A DNA stretch of 64,000 nucleotides from the human T2T-CHM13v2.0 reference genome, Homo sapiens. Position 1 is the stretch's first letter. Every line of letters begins with the position of its first letter. Under the pieces are notes generated by a model that did no database searches, was not told the DNA's origin, and worked only from the letters and a program-made list of their open reading frames with translations. The position numbers and the translations under genes are program-made. The DNA is taken from NCBI RefSeq assembly GCF_009914755.1, contig NC_060942.1; one strand, written 5' to 3'. Positions 1 through 14,646 of the stretch are shown one piece after another.

Positions 1-899
1 TTACCAACCAGTAGCAATCCCTAGAACCTGGTGAATAGAAGCCCTGGTTTTGTATGTCTGTGGTGAAACTCAACAAGGCACAGTGATTATCACAAGCTGT
101 GATACTCTGTACTTTAACATAACCTGTAGAAAGAATGGAAACTCCTACAAACTTGGCAGCCTGCATTTATCAGTTGCATGCAGAGAGTAAAGTGTCTTTC
201 CATGTTCAAATCCACATGGTAGATTGTTGGGTATGAAACCATTGGGTCCTCTGCCATTGGTAGCCCGCATAAATGCAGAGGACAGAGAGATTCTAGGCAA
301 GTCCACAGTTCTCTGGCCCTTTCTCACTCTCTCTCATTGATTTTCATACTTAGCTCTTCCAAATTAAATGTTTCCAGTACTGGCAAGAAAAAGATTAAAA
401 TGAATATATTGTGCTTATTATATATGTGTTCAAGCAAATGAATGAGTGATAAATTTTTCTCTCAGCATTTTGAAAATAGTATTCTATTTCTACAGATCTT
501 TTTAACTAGAGAGAATTCACCTACCAATTTCCTTTGAGGCCATTCATTTCAAATTTATTTATTTTAAGATTTTTACATCTATCATTGCCTTTCTACTATT
601 TAAATATAATGTTCTTAGAATTTTTTTTAACCTAGTGATTTTATTTATGCAGCTAATAATATGACTTTTATCAATTCTGGAAAATACCCCAATATTATTT
701 AAATATTGCCTAATATCCATATTATCTGTTCACTTCCTCTGAAATTCAAATACATGAATATTAGATCTTATTATTTTATGCAAAACTCTAGAACCGTAGA
801 TAATTTCTCAAGAGACATCATTCTGAGTCATCAATTTACTATTCTACTGAGTTTAGTGTAAAGCGTTATTTGGCTGTTGTGTTGAGAATATATTTTTGG

Positions 900-1580
<681 letters not shown>

Positions 1581-2343
1581 GAAAGGATTTTGTCATTTGT
1601 CATTCTAAAATTGACAGGTGACTAAGCTCTTAGAACCAAGGTAGATAATAGTTCTGCATATAGCCAAGATGTTATAAAAAGGATTGAATTTCAACAATAA
1701 AAAAACAGTTGACAAGAAAAAACAATTTTTAAGAGACTAGATATAAAAACAATAAAAAACAATTCTGAGAGATAATAAACAAGGTGAACCCTGTATTTTT
1801 CCCACCTTAAAAGAGTTTCATGCCATGATTCAGGGAGGGGGACCCTAGTCACTGCTCAGCAGACTCTCTGAGTCAAGGACTGGAGAGCCCAGGGCACTTA
1901 GAATTCACAATAACAGAGTGCCAAATAAGAAAAGAAAGCAGCAAAAAAGGAAAATGGAAACAAATTGGAAAATACATGATGAAGATGATACATGTAATCC
2001 TAACCTTGTCAATAATTACATTAGTTTTAAATGGTTTACGTACCCAGTTAAAAGGCAGAGACTGAAGATGGAATTAAAAAGTAAGACCCGTCTATACTTT
2101 GCCCATAAGAAATACTCTCTATAGATGAAGGCATAAGTTAATTAAAAGTAAAAGAATAACAATTATAGTTTCTCCTCCTTTCCTAATGTAGAGCGATGGA
2201 AAGAGCATTCCTCCCACATTTACAAGAAAAAAGCTAAACAATTAGCAAAATTACAACATTTCTTACATCAAACTAATCATAAAGCTGAGAGTGCAGAGCA
2301 ACCCGATATCCTAAAATCTGCAGAGAATCAGGAGGCTTCTGTT

Positions 2344-2487
2344 TAGGGCTGCCAGATTTAGCAAACAGGAGCAAGATACTAAGTTAAGTTTGAATTTCAG
2401 GTAAACAAACAGACTTTTAGTCTAAGAATGTTCCAGATCTATGTAATTCAAATTTTACTTGGATTCTTGTGTTTATACGGTAACTAT
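2344..2487. mobile_element. MER53-like small hAT-derived MITE
   Basis: TAGGGCTGCCAGAT… start, internal palindromic arms (tttgaatttcag / aattcaaattt), end …ggtaacta, matching the recalled MER53 structure. Confidence 0.7.
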
Positions 2488-3894
2488 ACTGCTGAAAGAA
2501 ACATCTGAGCATTTTGTTATCTGAGATAGATTCTGCCCAATGCCATAAAGCTTATCAAAAATATTCATCTACTTAAAAAAATGCTAAAAGCCAAGGGTCG
2601 GCTAGCATGAGAATGTGAGGGCACTGGAGGTCACAGGTATCTAAATGGGTTCCCAAAGATTTCTCTCCATGAGTCTCTCTAGACACTCACATGAAAGATA
2701 GGCAGAAAATGGAAAAGGTTCCCATCATGGCGTTCCCAGCAGAAGAGGAGGAACGCCACTCCTGAAACTCTATCTGGATCCATCTTCCTTGTCTTTTCTA
2801 TGGAGAAAGCCTTAATCTCGAAGGGAAATAGCAACAAAAAATTGTCACCTTGAGTCATTTATGGAAACCCATTGCAGCTCTGCGAAGGAAGCAGGAAGAA
2901 AAAGCTGTATGTGTTAATCTAGCACCACCTGAAAGGTGAGAGTGGTGCAAATGCCCATGAAGCCCAAATATGTTAGATGCAGGGATGCAGTATTGGACCA
3001 AGATTAAGTATTAATCAGAATATCAGAGAAAGCCTCTCTCCTTCTATTCCACCACCACCAGGCTAACAAGAATAGAGTGCATGGAGCTGGAAGAATTGTC
3101 ACAGACAGATTCTTTTCAAGGTACAGCACAAAGAGAAAACCCAAAGTCAAGCTGTGAGCATACATTGATAAAATGACCTCAGCCAACCCAGCCCATATCC
3201 TGAACACATCACTGGATGAACCTGAAACATAAAAAACATTGAAAGTAACTACAATAACAATTCTCCAATGCAGACTGATTTCTAAGTTAACATAATCACC
3301 TATACAAAGATCTAGCATTAGAAGAAAAGAAATGACTTTCTCAATAAGAAACAGAAAACAAACTGGGAAATCATTTCTAGCAGACTACAAACATGTTAAA
3401 GAGTATTCTTCTAGTAGAAGGGATATCAGTCAGAAACACTACCAAACTTTTGAAGATGATGAATATGTTTATTACCTGGATTGTGACGATGATAACATGA
3501 GCATATACATATGTCCAGACTCACAAAATTTTATCCGTTAAATATCTTTATTTTTTTGAATACCAATTAAACCTCAAAAAGGGTGAAGAAAAAGAAACTT
3601 GGATCTACACAAAAGATAAATAGCACTGGAAATGGGAAAAAATGAAAGTAATAAATGTATTTCTTCTGATTTTGTTTTAAAAATACTGACATTGTTATAG
3701 CAAAAATAATAAAAATACATTCTGTGTGTATACATTTGTAAAGGTAAAACATGACAAAATGAACATGAAGGATGAGAGGGAGAAGTTATGAGTACAGGGA
3801 AAAGTGAGGAAAAGTATAGGGTTTACCTCGTTTCTAATCTCAGTGTTGTATTTTATTGCTTATATCTAGTGTTGTAAGATGTTTACTCTTTGTT

Positions 3895-4508
3895 TTCATT
3901 AGTTTTCTATTTCTGCATGACAATATTACTACAAATTTAGCAGCTTATAACAACCCCCATTTATTGTCTCACAATTCCATAGGACAGAAGTTTACACATG
4001 ATATTACTGAATTCTCTGCTTACAAGAATAAGGTTAAAATATGTCAGGCTGAAATCTCAACTCGAGCTTGGGGTGCTTTTCTAGGCTCATTCAATTTGTT
4101 GGAAAAATTCGTCTTTGTGGTTTTAGGACTGAGGTCCTCATTCCCAGCTTGCTGACAACTGGACACTGTTTTCTGCTCCTAAATTCCACTAATATTCCTT
4201 GCCACATGGACCCCTCTATCTTCCAAATCAGCAACAGAAAATTTCCCTTGCATCAAATCCATTCCACACTTTGAATCTCTTTCAAAACTAAAAGGTCAGA
4301 CTTTTAAAAGTCTCATTTGATTGTTAGGACCCCTAAAGATAATTTCCCTTCTTAAGGTCAACTGATTTGGGAGTTTAATTTTAACTATATCTGTAAAGTC
4401 CCTTCACAGCAAACCCCTAGATTCATATTTGAATAACTGGTAGAAGTTGTGTGCATACCAGGAGAGAGGTTATCACAGGGACCAACTTGGAGTTTTTCCA
4501 TGACAACA
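3895..4508 (-). mobile_element. MLT1-family (MaLR) solo LTR, degraded
   Basis: Typical reverse-strand MLT1 opening (…tttctatttctgcatgacaa…aaatttagcagcttataacaac…atttattgtctcacaattcc…); boundaries approximate. Confidence 0.65.
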
Positions 4509-5091
4509 TGTAAAATGTTAAATTATTTCACTATAGACTCTGACAAATGAAATATATATATATATTTATTGTAAAGTCTACAGAAAACAATAAAAGTGTT
4601 TTGAAAAGGTGAAAAAGGAAATAGATTGTTAACAATTTTTAAATATTCAATAAAATATTCAATAAATTTAAAAAAAAGTCTGATGCTCTAAGCTGCTGAA
4701 ATTTCGGAGTATTTGGTATGCACAAAGTGAATAAACACAACATGTTTACATCAAGACACTTCACCTGGGAATTTTGCACCTGGACTACATTAGTTTGACA
4801 TTTATTGAGCAACTTTGGTATTTTTCCATCAGCACACAAAGAGGAAACTTCTAAGAAAAATTCTGACACACCCACTACTTTTTTTCAAGTAAGGAAAAAG
4901 AATTATTGATAATGTTGCTTACAAGTCACTTAATTCCTTCTTGACATGAGAGCACTTTCTCTTTGGTTTAAGTGACTGAAATAGCTGTGCTTCTCCTGAC
5001 CAAATCACCTCTTATGGTGTTTCATGACATTGCAATGAACTAAGTAGCTGAATAATTCTGTCACTCTTTATTGGCTGCTGCTTCTTTTCTT

Positions 5092-5290
5092 CTTTCCAAC
5101 TTCTATTTTAGGTTCAGGGGATGCATGTGTAGGTTTGTTACATGGGTAAATTGCTTGTTGCAGAGGTTTGGTGTACAGATTATTTTATCACCCAGGTAGT
5201 GAGTGTATCCCATTGGTAATAAGTATTTTTTTTGTTCCTCTTTCTCCTCCCACCCTCCACCCTCATGTAGGCTCCAGTGTCTAACCACTT
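5092..5290 (-). mobile_element. L1PA/L1PB 3' end fragment
   Basis: ttttaggttcagggg…catgtgtaggtttgttacatgggtaaattg…ttatcacccaggtagtgag is the reverse complement of an older primate L1 3' UTR. Confidence 0.8.
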
Positions 5291-8200
5291 CTTTTGTTGG
5301 CTTCTGAGAAGCAATGTCTAGCTATTTGAAAGCAGTTTGGGATACTCAACTTACCATGAGTTTTTCCTGTTTATCCAAACCTTCATTTTCTCTTTCCCAA
5401 GTTTGTTCATTTACTCACTTTAACCTTATTTCATTCTATAGGGAAGTACATATTGCCATAAACCCTCTTGGAAACAAAGTCATTAAAATAGGCAAATAAT
5501 AAAAGGAAGATTATAATTAGGCCAAAGAAATGATCATACATTAGTTACTGAGTAGGGAAAGAATGGAAAAATATGGCCCTCAAATCACAGAAACCCACAG
5601 ACTGCTAATCTTTATGTTACTAAAGTTAAACATTTCACCTGCAGCATCAATACTCTTAAGTATAGCTGGATATCTGGCAGTGTCAATATGATATGAAAAC
5701 CTGATAGAAACAAACAAACCTGGACCCCTCCCTGCACGTACAGAATCAGAACTGTAGTCCTCTTCACAAATGACTCACATGCATCTAGTTTACTTAGTCT
5801 GAAGTTTGTAAAAAGGTGCCATCTGATGTTTTCTAGTGTCTTTCCTAGTATGATTGAAACAGCAGCTAAGGAATAAAATGCATTCATCACTGGAAATCTA
5901 TTCAAGATATAAGAAAGATGTTATATGAAGTGATAAAGTATGCCAAAAAGCAACACAGTGAAAAAGGAGACTATAATAAACTTTAAGTAGTTAATAACTG
6001 ATTGCTTAAAATGTATAATTATTACTTTATGTGCTTTACTGGTTTTATCTCATGGAATCCTTACATAGAGGTATGTGTTAGATTCCATAAATAGCCACCA
6101 GTTTTATGAAAGAAAAAAGAAAAGCAGAATGATTAAGCGACTTGTCTAGAGATTACACAATTTGTGGAAACCTTGATTCACAAGTCCTGAACACTTTGCC
6201 AGAGCATGTAAAAGACTTACTGACTCTTCTTAACTGACAGAGTAATTGGATTTTTATCACTTATAGCTGCCTATTTTCCATTTATTCTGAATCAGTTCAA
6301 ATCTTAATAGCAAGTACAATATTAATTTGAAAACAGTGCACATATCAGGAATCATAACCACATTCTTTGCATATGTTGAGGTCAAGAAACCAAATTTTAG
6401 GAACCACTTAAAATTACAAATTTGCTTTTCATCTTTGGGCTGTGTCATTAAGGTTTTTGGACTTCTTTTGCTTAACTCTATCTTGTAGCTGTTGGACCAG
6501 AGATTGTTGTCTAAGAACCATTCCTCTCGAAATATTACAAATCTATATGTAGTGCTATCTTAACAAGTGCTTTAATGCCTTGAATGTTCAGTTTATTCTT
6601 TGGTCCTATCATTAGTTAACTTCTCATTATGGAAGGACTAGGATCAAAATCCTGCTGTATTATAAATTAAAACTGAACTTCAGTATTTTTGGGGGAGAAA
6701 GGCACTAAGTATACTCAACTCTACCATAACGCATCCAAAAATATATTCAGGTCTTCTTTCTAACAAATGACTCTAAAACTAGTCTTGTAAAAGGAATATA
6801 AGTTTTAACAGAAGTCAGTGTAAATCAAATGTATGTAAATAAATTGAGTAGCAGCTGCATATACACAATATTTTAATTTTTACTTCACATATTATGTGGT
6901 TTCAAAAGATTTTATTACATATACATACTATAATGTTTTTATGATTTTTGTTTGCCATTTTGATTGAATTGTCATTATGATAAAAACTTAATATTAAAAT
7001 TTGGTTTATATTCTTATGTATAGGCTTCAGATTGATTTCTTAAAGTGAAATTTTTATGCAAACAATATATAAATATCTAATTATTTTAATTCCTAGACAA
7101 ATATTCTTTGAGAAATATTATATGAAATGTCACTCCAAATCAGTGTGTCTAAGTGATTCGATCCTCCATTGACAGCCGTTAGTATTAGTTTCCTAAGTTT
7201 CTGACAATTTGATGAGAAAAAGTATCTCATTTGAATTTGCATGCCTTTGGTTTCTAATGAGACTACACTTGTAAGCATCTTGTAAGAATACTTCTTGGAC
7301 AATTTTATGACTGCTTTTCTTAATTGTTGAAAACATTAAACCTTATCATTTTGTTATGTAATTTATATAATTTAATTGAGATATATATGTACATATTCAA
7401 GTCATATATATTGCAAATATTTCCCAGTTAGTCATTTGTGATGTTATTCTGTTTACATAAATTTATGTTTATCTTTCACTGAGGCATAACTTCTATAAAA
7501 TGCAAAAATATTAAGTACATAGCCTGAAGAATTCTTACCAAATCAGGATTTGTACCAAATTAATATGCCAATATAATTGCTATGTGATTCAATATGCAGA
7601 ATATATAGAATCATTTTTGTGTGCTTTGAAGTTATCCAGTATGTATATATGATAGTTTCAGCACAGTTTATTGCATAGAATGTTGTTTCCTCATTAGTTA
7701 CATGGTGTCATTTCTTGTAAATCCCATCACCATGTAAGCCTGGGTCTGTCTCTGGACTCCCAGTTGGTCTATTTATCCTTCCTCACACCAATGGTCTTAG
7801 TTATTGCTGTTCTATAGTATTTTTAAAAATCTAGTAAAGTTTGTATTCCAATTTTATTCTTCTTCAGAATGGTCTTTCTATTCCTGACCCATTCTATTAC
7901 TAAATTTGACATGATGGTTAATAAGTCACATACATATGAATTCTTATCTGCATCTGAATATGTTTGAGGTAATGCAGATGGGATGGAGAGAAAAGTAATG
8001 GGTTAAGGGAGAAAAAAATTCTGGCAGAACATTAAAATAGAAAATATTTAGTACTGAAAGTGTGGCCATTTTAATTGTCTTTTTTTAAGTTATATTTTAG
8101 CAAACATGCATTAAATTCGAAATAAGAAAAGAATAATCTAAAAACTGTATTTCCCTTTCTAAAAATACACCTCCCAGAGATATAATCCTTCATTACTAAG

Positions 8201-11004
8201 TAGCTGTGAATAGAATTCAGTATTCCTTCTTCATTCCTGGCATTCAAGTTCCTAGAAGCGATTTGCTCTATGATATGGCACAGAGATACGTTATAAATGA
8301 GTACACAGTTGAGATCATGAATCCAAACATGTCATTGTACTTTTTGGCAAGGGACAGATAAATGTTAATCATCACATCCAGTTTGCCAAGCAAAGAGACC
8401 AAAATAGAAAGAATGTAATTACGTATTTGTGAGTTAGATAACACCACAGCAGTCCCCTCTAGGATGGTGGAGGCAAACGTGGCCAATCCCTGTTTATCTC
8501 TGCCAATGTTTATTTATTTGTCAGTTGGTTCCCTGGCAGTCAGTAAGGTAATGGGCATACAATCAGGAAATGGAGATAAATATTTCAAATTTCAAGTCCC
8601 TTGAATGCTTAGTGAAATTAAAACACCTGAAGAAAAAAAAAGGAAAAACTTTGACATGAATAATTGGGAAAAACAGACTGGCTGAGTTCCATGAGAGGAA
8701 TGCTTGCCATAGGTATGTCCCCGGTTGCCTACCTGTCCCGTAAACTGCCTCTTTTGATCCCACTGCCTGATTGGTCAGCTTGGCACCCATAACAGCACCT
8801 ACCTTCCATAGAATGGATTGATCTTACATGTTAGGTCAAGGCCATCTAGAAAAAAATCAACAAGAGGGTACTTAATTATCCCTAGATATTGGTGAGTGTG
8901 GACTTTATAAGCCTGGATGCCCATGTTGAAGATAAAATAACTCTAAGATAATGAATGGAGAATTCTCAAAACCTGTAATAAATTAGTCATTTGAAAGTAA
9001 AAAGAGGGATGAAGAGAGGGCAATTTCTTGCCAATACCTCAACAGGATAACATTAAGGCAGAGATCTCCTTCTGAAGCTACATGAATGGTTAAAGCAAAA
9101 ATGCCTTTTAATCACTGCACGTGTCCTCTAATGGGGAAAAAACAAAATTATTTTGGGAATACATAAAAATTTCAGAACACATAGGGGTTGGGAATCCAAA
9201 TTGGAAAACAATCAGGAAGATGTGCAACCTGGTAGATATCTGAATCCTAATTTCACAGAAGCTGCATTCTGTCCAATGTGGTGTCAAACTTTTAAACTGT
9301 AGGTTTCAGTGAATGATTGTAACAGTCTACCTTAGCGATGTCATAAAAACTTTGGAGTAAGGACTAGGATGATGGGAAAATAGACAGATTATAGCTCATA
9401 ATCCAAAATAAAGAAGTCTTACACTGTTAGATCTATCCTCCTAGGACAATTTGATTCACAAATAGAGAAATGGATAAATTAAAACAACCATCCTGTTTTG
9501 GCTAATTTTTATTCTTGCCAGTATCCCCTCAACCTTTAAGAAGTTAAGGTGAGAAAAAAAAAATTCCAAGATGCTGCTTCTACAGAGTTGCTACAGGAAG
9601 AGGGATGGATAACTGATTAATAAAAAATAAAGCCAGAAATCTGCTTTGAAAAATTAATCCATGCCACTCCCCAAGAGTTTGTATTAAGAGGTTAACGTTG
9701 GTTAATTCCAACAAGCATTATGCCAGGAGCATTCCCTAGGTGGGTCCCTCTGTGCCATCTTCTTCAGTACCATGAAATATCGTTCCTCTTTCCCAATAAA
9801 AAAACTGACAGACATTTTGAAACACTTAAATCTTCCTCAACAAATAACACTCTTCTAACATCAAAGATAATTCTTGCTAATTGCTGTGGGAAGAATTAAC
9901 CCTTAAATCAGAAAGCCCTCTGAGGCAAAATTCTGAAAAAATTCACTCTTATGTAGTTTCAGGAATCAGTTGGTGAAAAAACAGGAGAAGATGTTCGGCC
10001 AGAAGATAAATGTCTGTATCTTTCTCTGTTCATTCTGCAGAAGATCCCTTCTTCCTGGTATTATAAAAAGAAGTGAACTAAAAGAAAACAATAAATATAA
10101 GATAATTCAAAACTTAAGGGATGAAAACCAACTAAATAAAAAAGTGATGACAAAATAAAGAATGATATGAAGTATAAAATTAAATAGTTAAATAGAGATA
10201 CTGAATTTATTAAACCTAAATTCAGTATCTATTTATTTATTAAAACTAAATTCAGTAATTTAAAATAAAAGCTCATGTACGAAGAAAAACACAAATAAAA
10301 AGTAGACTAAATAAATGAGTTTCAAGATCAGTGATAAAAAATGTAAAATGCCACAAGTCAACTGCTTTGAGAAAATAAAATGAGCTGCAAACACAGAATG
10401 TAAATAATTAAAATAATTCATAATAAAATGAATAATAATAAACACTTTTTAAAGTAACACGAATTATAGTAAAGAGACTTAATAGATTTTAAAGAAACAA
10501 AACACCACATATAAAACTTAAAGAATAAAAAATATAGTTAAAATTAGTAAAAAGTAAGAAACTGATAAAATTGAGATCATATAAATAAATGGAATGAGTA
10601 TCATTTTCATTTCTTGAAATTTATCCTTAAGTTACACTTCCATAAATTAAAGTAAAAAAAAAGGTTTTTCTGTAAAACATTAACATTTATGTAAATGTAA
10701 AACCATATTTCCTCTTCAACTTAACACTACATGTTATAGAATACATTTATATATAAGTATATGTGATAAATACATGGGTGTGGGTATTTATGGAGAAATA
10801 GAATGTTAGTGGAATTCACAGAAGAATGAGACCAAAACTAAAATAAACTGAATAAAATAAAACAGAATGTAAAAGGTGACTTTAATGGACCTATGGCATA
10901 CTATACGTTATGAATAGTATATGATGAACTCAGAAATGCTCTTCAGGATCAATCAAGCGATTTATGCTTACAGTGTATTCGTCCTTTTAAATTAATGTGT
11001 ACGG

Positions 11005-11590
11005 ATTATTCTATTTGTTTGAGTTGACAAATATAAACTACAAATATCTTGTACAATACGATGCCTTGAAATGTGTAGACATTGTGAAATAGTTAAATTG
11101 AATTAATTCACATCTGCATTACATCACATATTTATAAAAAACTGTGATGATAATACTTACTATACTGTCTACTTTTTAAAGCAATCTTCAAGAATACAAT
11201 ACATTGTTATTTACTATAGTCACCATGGTATATTATACAATAGATCTCTTGAGCTTACTCCTCCTATATAATTGAAATTGTGTATCCTTTGACCAATATC
11301 TCCCCACTCTTCTCTCCATCTCTCATCTCTTACTAACCACCACTCTACTTTCTACTTTATGAGTTCAACTTTTTGGATTCCACGCAGAAGTGAGATCATG
11401 GGGTCTTTGTCTTTCTGTGCCTGGATTATATCTTTTAACATCATGTCCTCCAGGTTCATCCATATTGTTGGAAAAGAAATTATTTCCTTCTTCTCTAAGG
11501 CTAAATAGTATCCCAGTCTGTCTATATACCACTTTTTCTTTATTCATTCATACACTGATGGACATTTAGACTGATTCATTATCTCAGCAC
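11005..11590 (-). mobile_element. L1MA-type 3' fragment
   Basis: …gcaatcttcaagaatacaatacattgttatttactatagtcaccatg…tagatctcttgagcttactcctcc…gtgagatcatg…gtccatcc-like L1M 3' UTR. Confidence 0.75.
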
Positions 11591-11899
11591 ATAAATAATT
11601 ATATAAAATGCCAAAATATGTGCATGTATAATTGATTCTGGATTGTATAAATGTTTTATATAATCAAAAAAGAAAGTACAAAAATATTTTTTAAAGAAAC
11701 TCTAAAATTGAATAAAAAATAGAAGATCAGTAGAGATAAAAATTTGATAATATACCTTCACTAAAAAATTAGTGAAGTCAAATAAATTTGCGATACATAT
11801 TTTCATGATGTATTATAAGATATAAAGGACTGCAAAGAGTATTTAACTTCATCTAATGGGTTTTTTTAAAATAGTATTTTTGCAGAAATTCTGCAATTT

Positions 11900-13320
11900 A
11901 TTTTTTGAATCTCTGAAACTAATGTAGCACAGAGTAAATGAGAAAATACTTTTTGCTGATGGGAATTCAAGTTGTAACTATGGGAGTAGAAAGATATCAA
12001 TATGAAATTTTAAAAAGAAAAAGAGTGCACTGTGGTATTAGATTTGAATTTGAGATATCAATATGCACTTATATCTTAAAATAAAACATGTTTCCTATCT
12101 TGGTGCACTGAAAAATCTGGGCTCAGTGATCCCAGATCGTGTCCAGATCTTGATTTTTTAAATACCATTCCTCATTAAAAGGAAACATGGATTCTTGTTA
12201 AAATGTCTGCATCTATATAGGGGGCAGTGAAAGTTTGTGAGTCTCAACATCTTGTTTTGACAAAAAGAATTAAAGTGCAAACATACAGACGGTGTAGTTT
12301 CAACAGAAAACAGGAACCAGCTTGGAGAGTCTCACATTGGCCAAATTTGGGTACACTTGAATATCAGAAAGAATATTGATGACACTGATTTATTTCTTTC
12401 TAAATGTCTGAGTTCACACTGACTCATAAGAAGTCCAGAGAGGGGAAGAGGTAGGAAAGAATGTGTTACACAGAAAAATTTCACCTAACTACATGTAAAA
12501 AAGAAAAAAAAGGAGTATTGTACCATCACTTTTACAACTATTAATGGAGTAATTGATAAAGAAAGGGATTGCTAATAACCATCAGTTGAAGGTATGTTAA
12601 GGAACAGGATCTCAAAGTATCACCTTATCATTACAAAGTACCAGCCTGATAATTACAAAGGAACTTTGCAATGTAAATGTCTGATGGACAACATATTAGC
12701 CAAGTGATCAACATATCATCAATTTACTGGGACAAACTGACATTAAAACCCTCCAGATGGTACGAATTGAGATGCTCTCCATATTACATATGAAGAATAT
12801 TTTCACAAAAATAATATCTTTAACCTTTGGTTTTGTTTTTTTTTTTTCATGAGAAAACAGTTATAAAAGATGCAAATTGTGCAGCAGTCGGTACTAGTCT
12901 AGGCACCTCAAAAATATCAATGTAATGAAACATTTTTTTAAATGTAGGTTTGTGTTCCAGGATAAAAATTGAAGAAATTTGACAACAAAATGTCATGTGT
13001 GATCCTTGATTTTTGAAAAATATAACGTTTAAAGATATTTCCAATTGTGAAAAAATATGAGCAGTGTAATAGTATTGCTAAATCAAGGTTAAACATTTAG
13101 TGTTGATAATGTTATTGTGGTTATATTGGAAAATGTCATTTTTAGTTGATACTTGCTGAAGTTTTAGGAATGTAATGTCACAATGTCTACAATTTATTTT
13201 CAAATGGTTCAGAAAGCACATACACAATGGAAATATATTTTTAAATGCCTACAGTTGAAGAATCTAGGTGAAGGCAATTGTACATTTTCCTGCTCATCCA
13301 ACTCACATTTAAGTTCTCAA
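11900..13320 (+). mobile_element. Old L1M (L1MC/ME-like) 3' remnants
   Basis: Patchy similarity (…atgtcatgtgtgatccttga…, …gataatgttattgtggttatat…, …gaatctaggtgaagg…); highly diverged. Confidence 0.45.
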
Positions 13321-13475
13321 TTGTTCAATATAAGAAGTTGGGGGAAAACAGAAATGAAAAGCCTGAATACTCCTACAGCCACTAATTAAATTTATTCTAC
13401 TTCTCCAAACCTCAAACATGCAAAACATGCAACAGGTATAAAGGCAAATTCTTTCAGATTTTCTGTAAGCAAATA

Positions 13476-13917
13476 CATTTGACCCTTGAACAACACAGGT
13501 CTGAACTGTGTAAGTCCACTTTTGCGCAGATTTTCTTCTGCCTCTGGCACTCATGAGATAGAAAGACCAATCCTTCCTCTTCCTCCTTCTCAGTCTACTC
13601 AACATGAGGACAATAAGGATGAAGACCTTCATAATAATCCACTTCTACTTAATAAATAGTAAACATATATATTTTATTTTGCTTATATTTTCTTAATGAC
13701 ATTTTCTTTTCTCTAGCTTACTTTATTGAAAGAATACAGTATATAATACACATAACATACAACATACGTGTTAACTGTTTATGTTATTGGTAAGGCTTCC
13801 AGTCAACAGTTGGCTATTAGTCATTAAGTGTTTAGGAATTCAAAGCTTACACAGGGATTTTCAACTGTAGAAGAGGTCAGAGCTCCCCTAAACTTCACGT
13901 TGTTTAAGGGTCAATTT
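13476..13917. mobile_element. Tigger2a (MER28) non-autonomous Tc1/mariner-pogo DNA transposon
   Basis: TIRs CATTTGACCCTTGAACAAC / GTTGTTTAAGGGTCAATTT, TA target duplications at 13474-13475 and 13918-13919, about 440 bp, internal sequence matches recalled Tigger2a consensus. Confidence 0.9.
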
Positions 13918-14070
13918 TACTTCCAAATCCATATACTTCAAGAGAATAGAAAAAGAGAAATGTTGCTTCTCAACAATTTTTATGTTACTTAAATTCTTAA
14001 TGGAAAAACTTAAGAAATAGTATGACATTTTAAATTAGGCTCTACCACTCATGAATATAAATGTAAATAT

Positions 14071-14503
14071 TGTCAGGCCTCTGAGCCCAAGCCAAGCCAT
14101 CGCATCCCCTGTGACTTGCATGTATACGCCCAGATGTCCTGAAGTAACTGAAGAATCACAAAAGAAGTGAAAAGGCCCTGCCCCGCCTTAACTGATGACA
14201 TTCCACCATTGTGATTTGTTCCTGCCCCACCTTAACTGAGTGATTAACCCTGTGAATTTCCTTCTCCTGGCTCAGAAGCTCCCCCACTGAGCACCTTGTG
14301 ACCCCCACCCCTGCCCACCAGAGAACAACCTCCTTTGACTGTAATTTTCCATTAACTTCCCAAATCCTATAAAACGGCCCCACCCCATCTCCCTTCGCTG
14401 ACTCTCTTTTCGGACTCAGCCCGCCTGCACCCAGGTGAAATAAACAGCCATGTTGCTCACACAAAGCCTGTTTGGTGGTCTCTTCACAGGGACACGGATG
14501 AAA
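14071..14503 (+). promoter_or_regulatory. 5' LTR (LTR7 family, LTR7Y/type Ia-like): promoter
   Basis: TGTCAGGCCTCTGAGCCCAAG…ATGAAA; ACAAAAGA SOX-like motif 14158-14165; GC/CACCC boxes near 14181, 14225, 14303, 14378; TATAAAA 14368-14374; AATAAA 14439-14444. Subfamily call is from memory of the TTCCACCATTGTGATTTGTTCC block. Confidence 0.92.
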
Positions 14504-14505
14504 TT

Positions 14506-14523
14506 TGGTGCCGTGACTCGGAT
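14506..14523 (+). other. Primer-binding site complementary to tRNA-His 3' end
   Basis: TGGTGCCGTGACTCGGAT is the exact reverse complement of the last 18 nt of tRNA-His(GUG) including CCA; 2 nt after the 5' LTR. Confidence 0.97.
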
Positions 14524-14646
14524 CGGGGAACCTCCCTTAGGAGATCAATCCCCTGTACTCCTTTTCTTTGCCCTGTGAGAAAGATCCACCTATGACCTCA
14601 GGTCCTCAGACCGACCAGCCCAAGGAACATCTCACCAATTTTAAAT

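Noticed and set aside
8680-8800. Possible promoter/enhancer (reverse CCAAT, locally higher GC)
   Set aside because: Isolated short motifs, no CpG island, and conservation cannot be assessed from the sequence alone.
14385-14503. Clustering of LTR-LTR differences in R/U5 as evidence of recombination or conversion
   Set aside because: Several of the changes sit at CpG-rich positions and the counts are small; independent decay is sufficient.
14506-14523. tRNA gene
   Set aside because: Only the 18-nt PBS complement; no cloverleaf.
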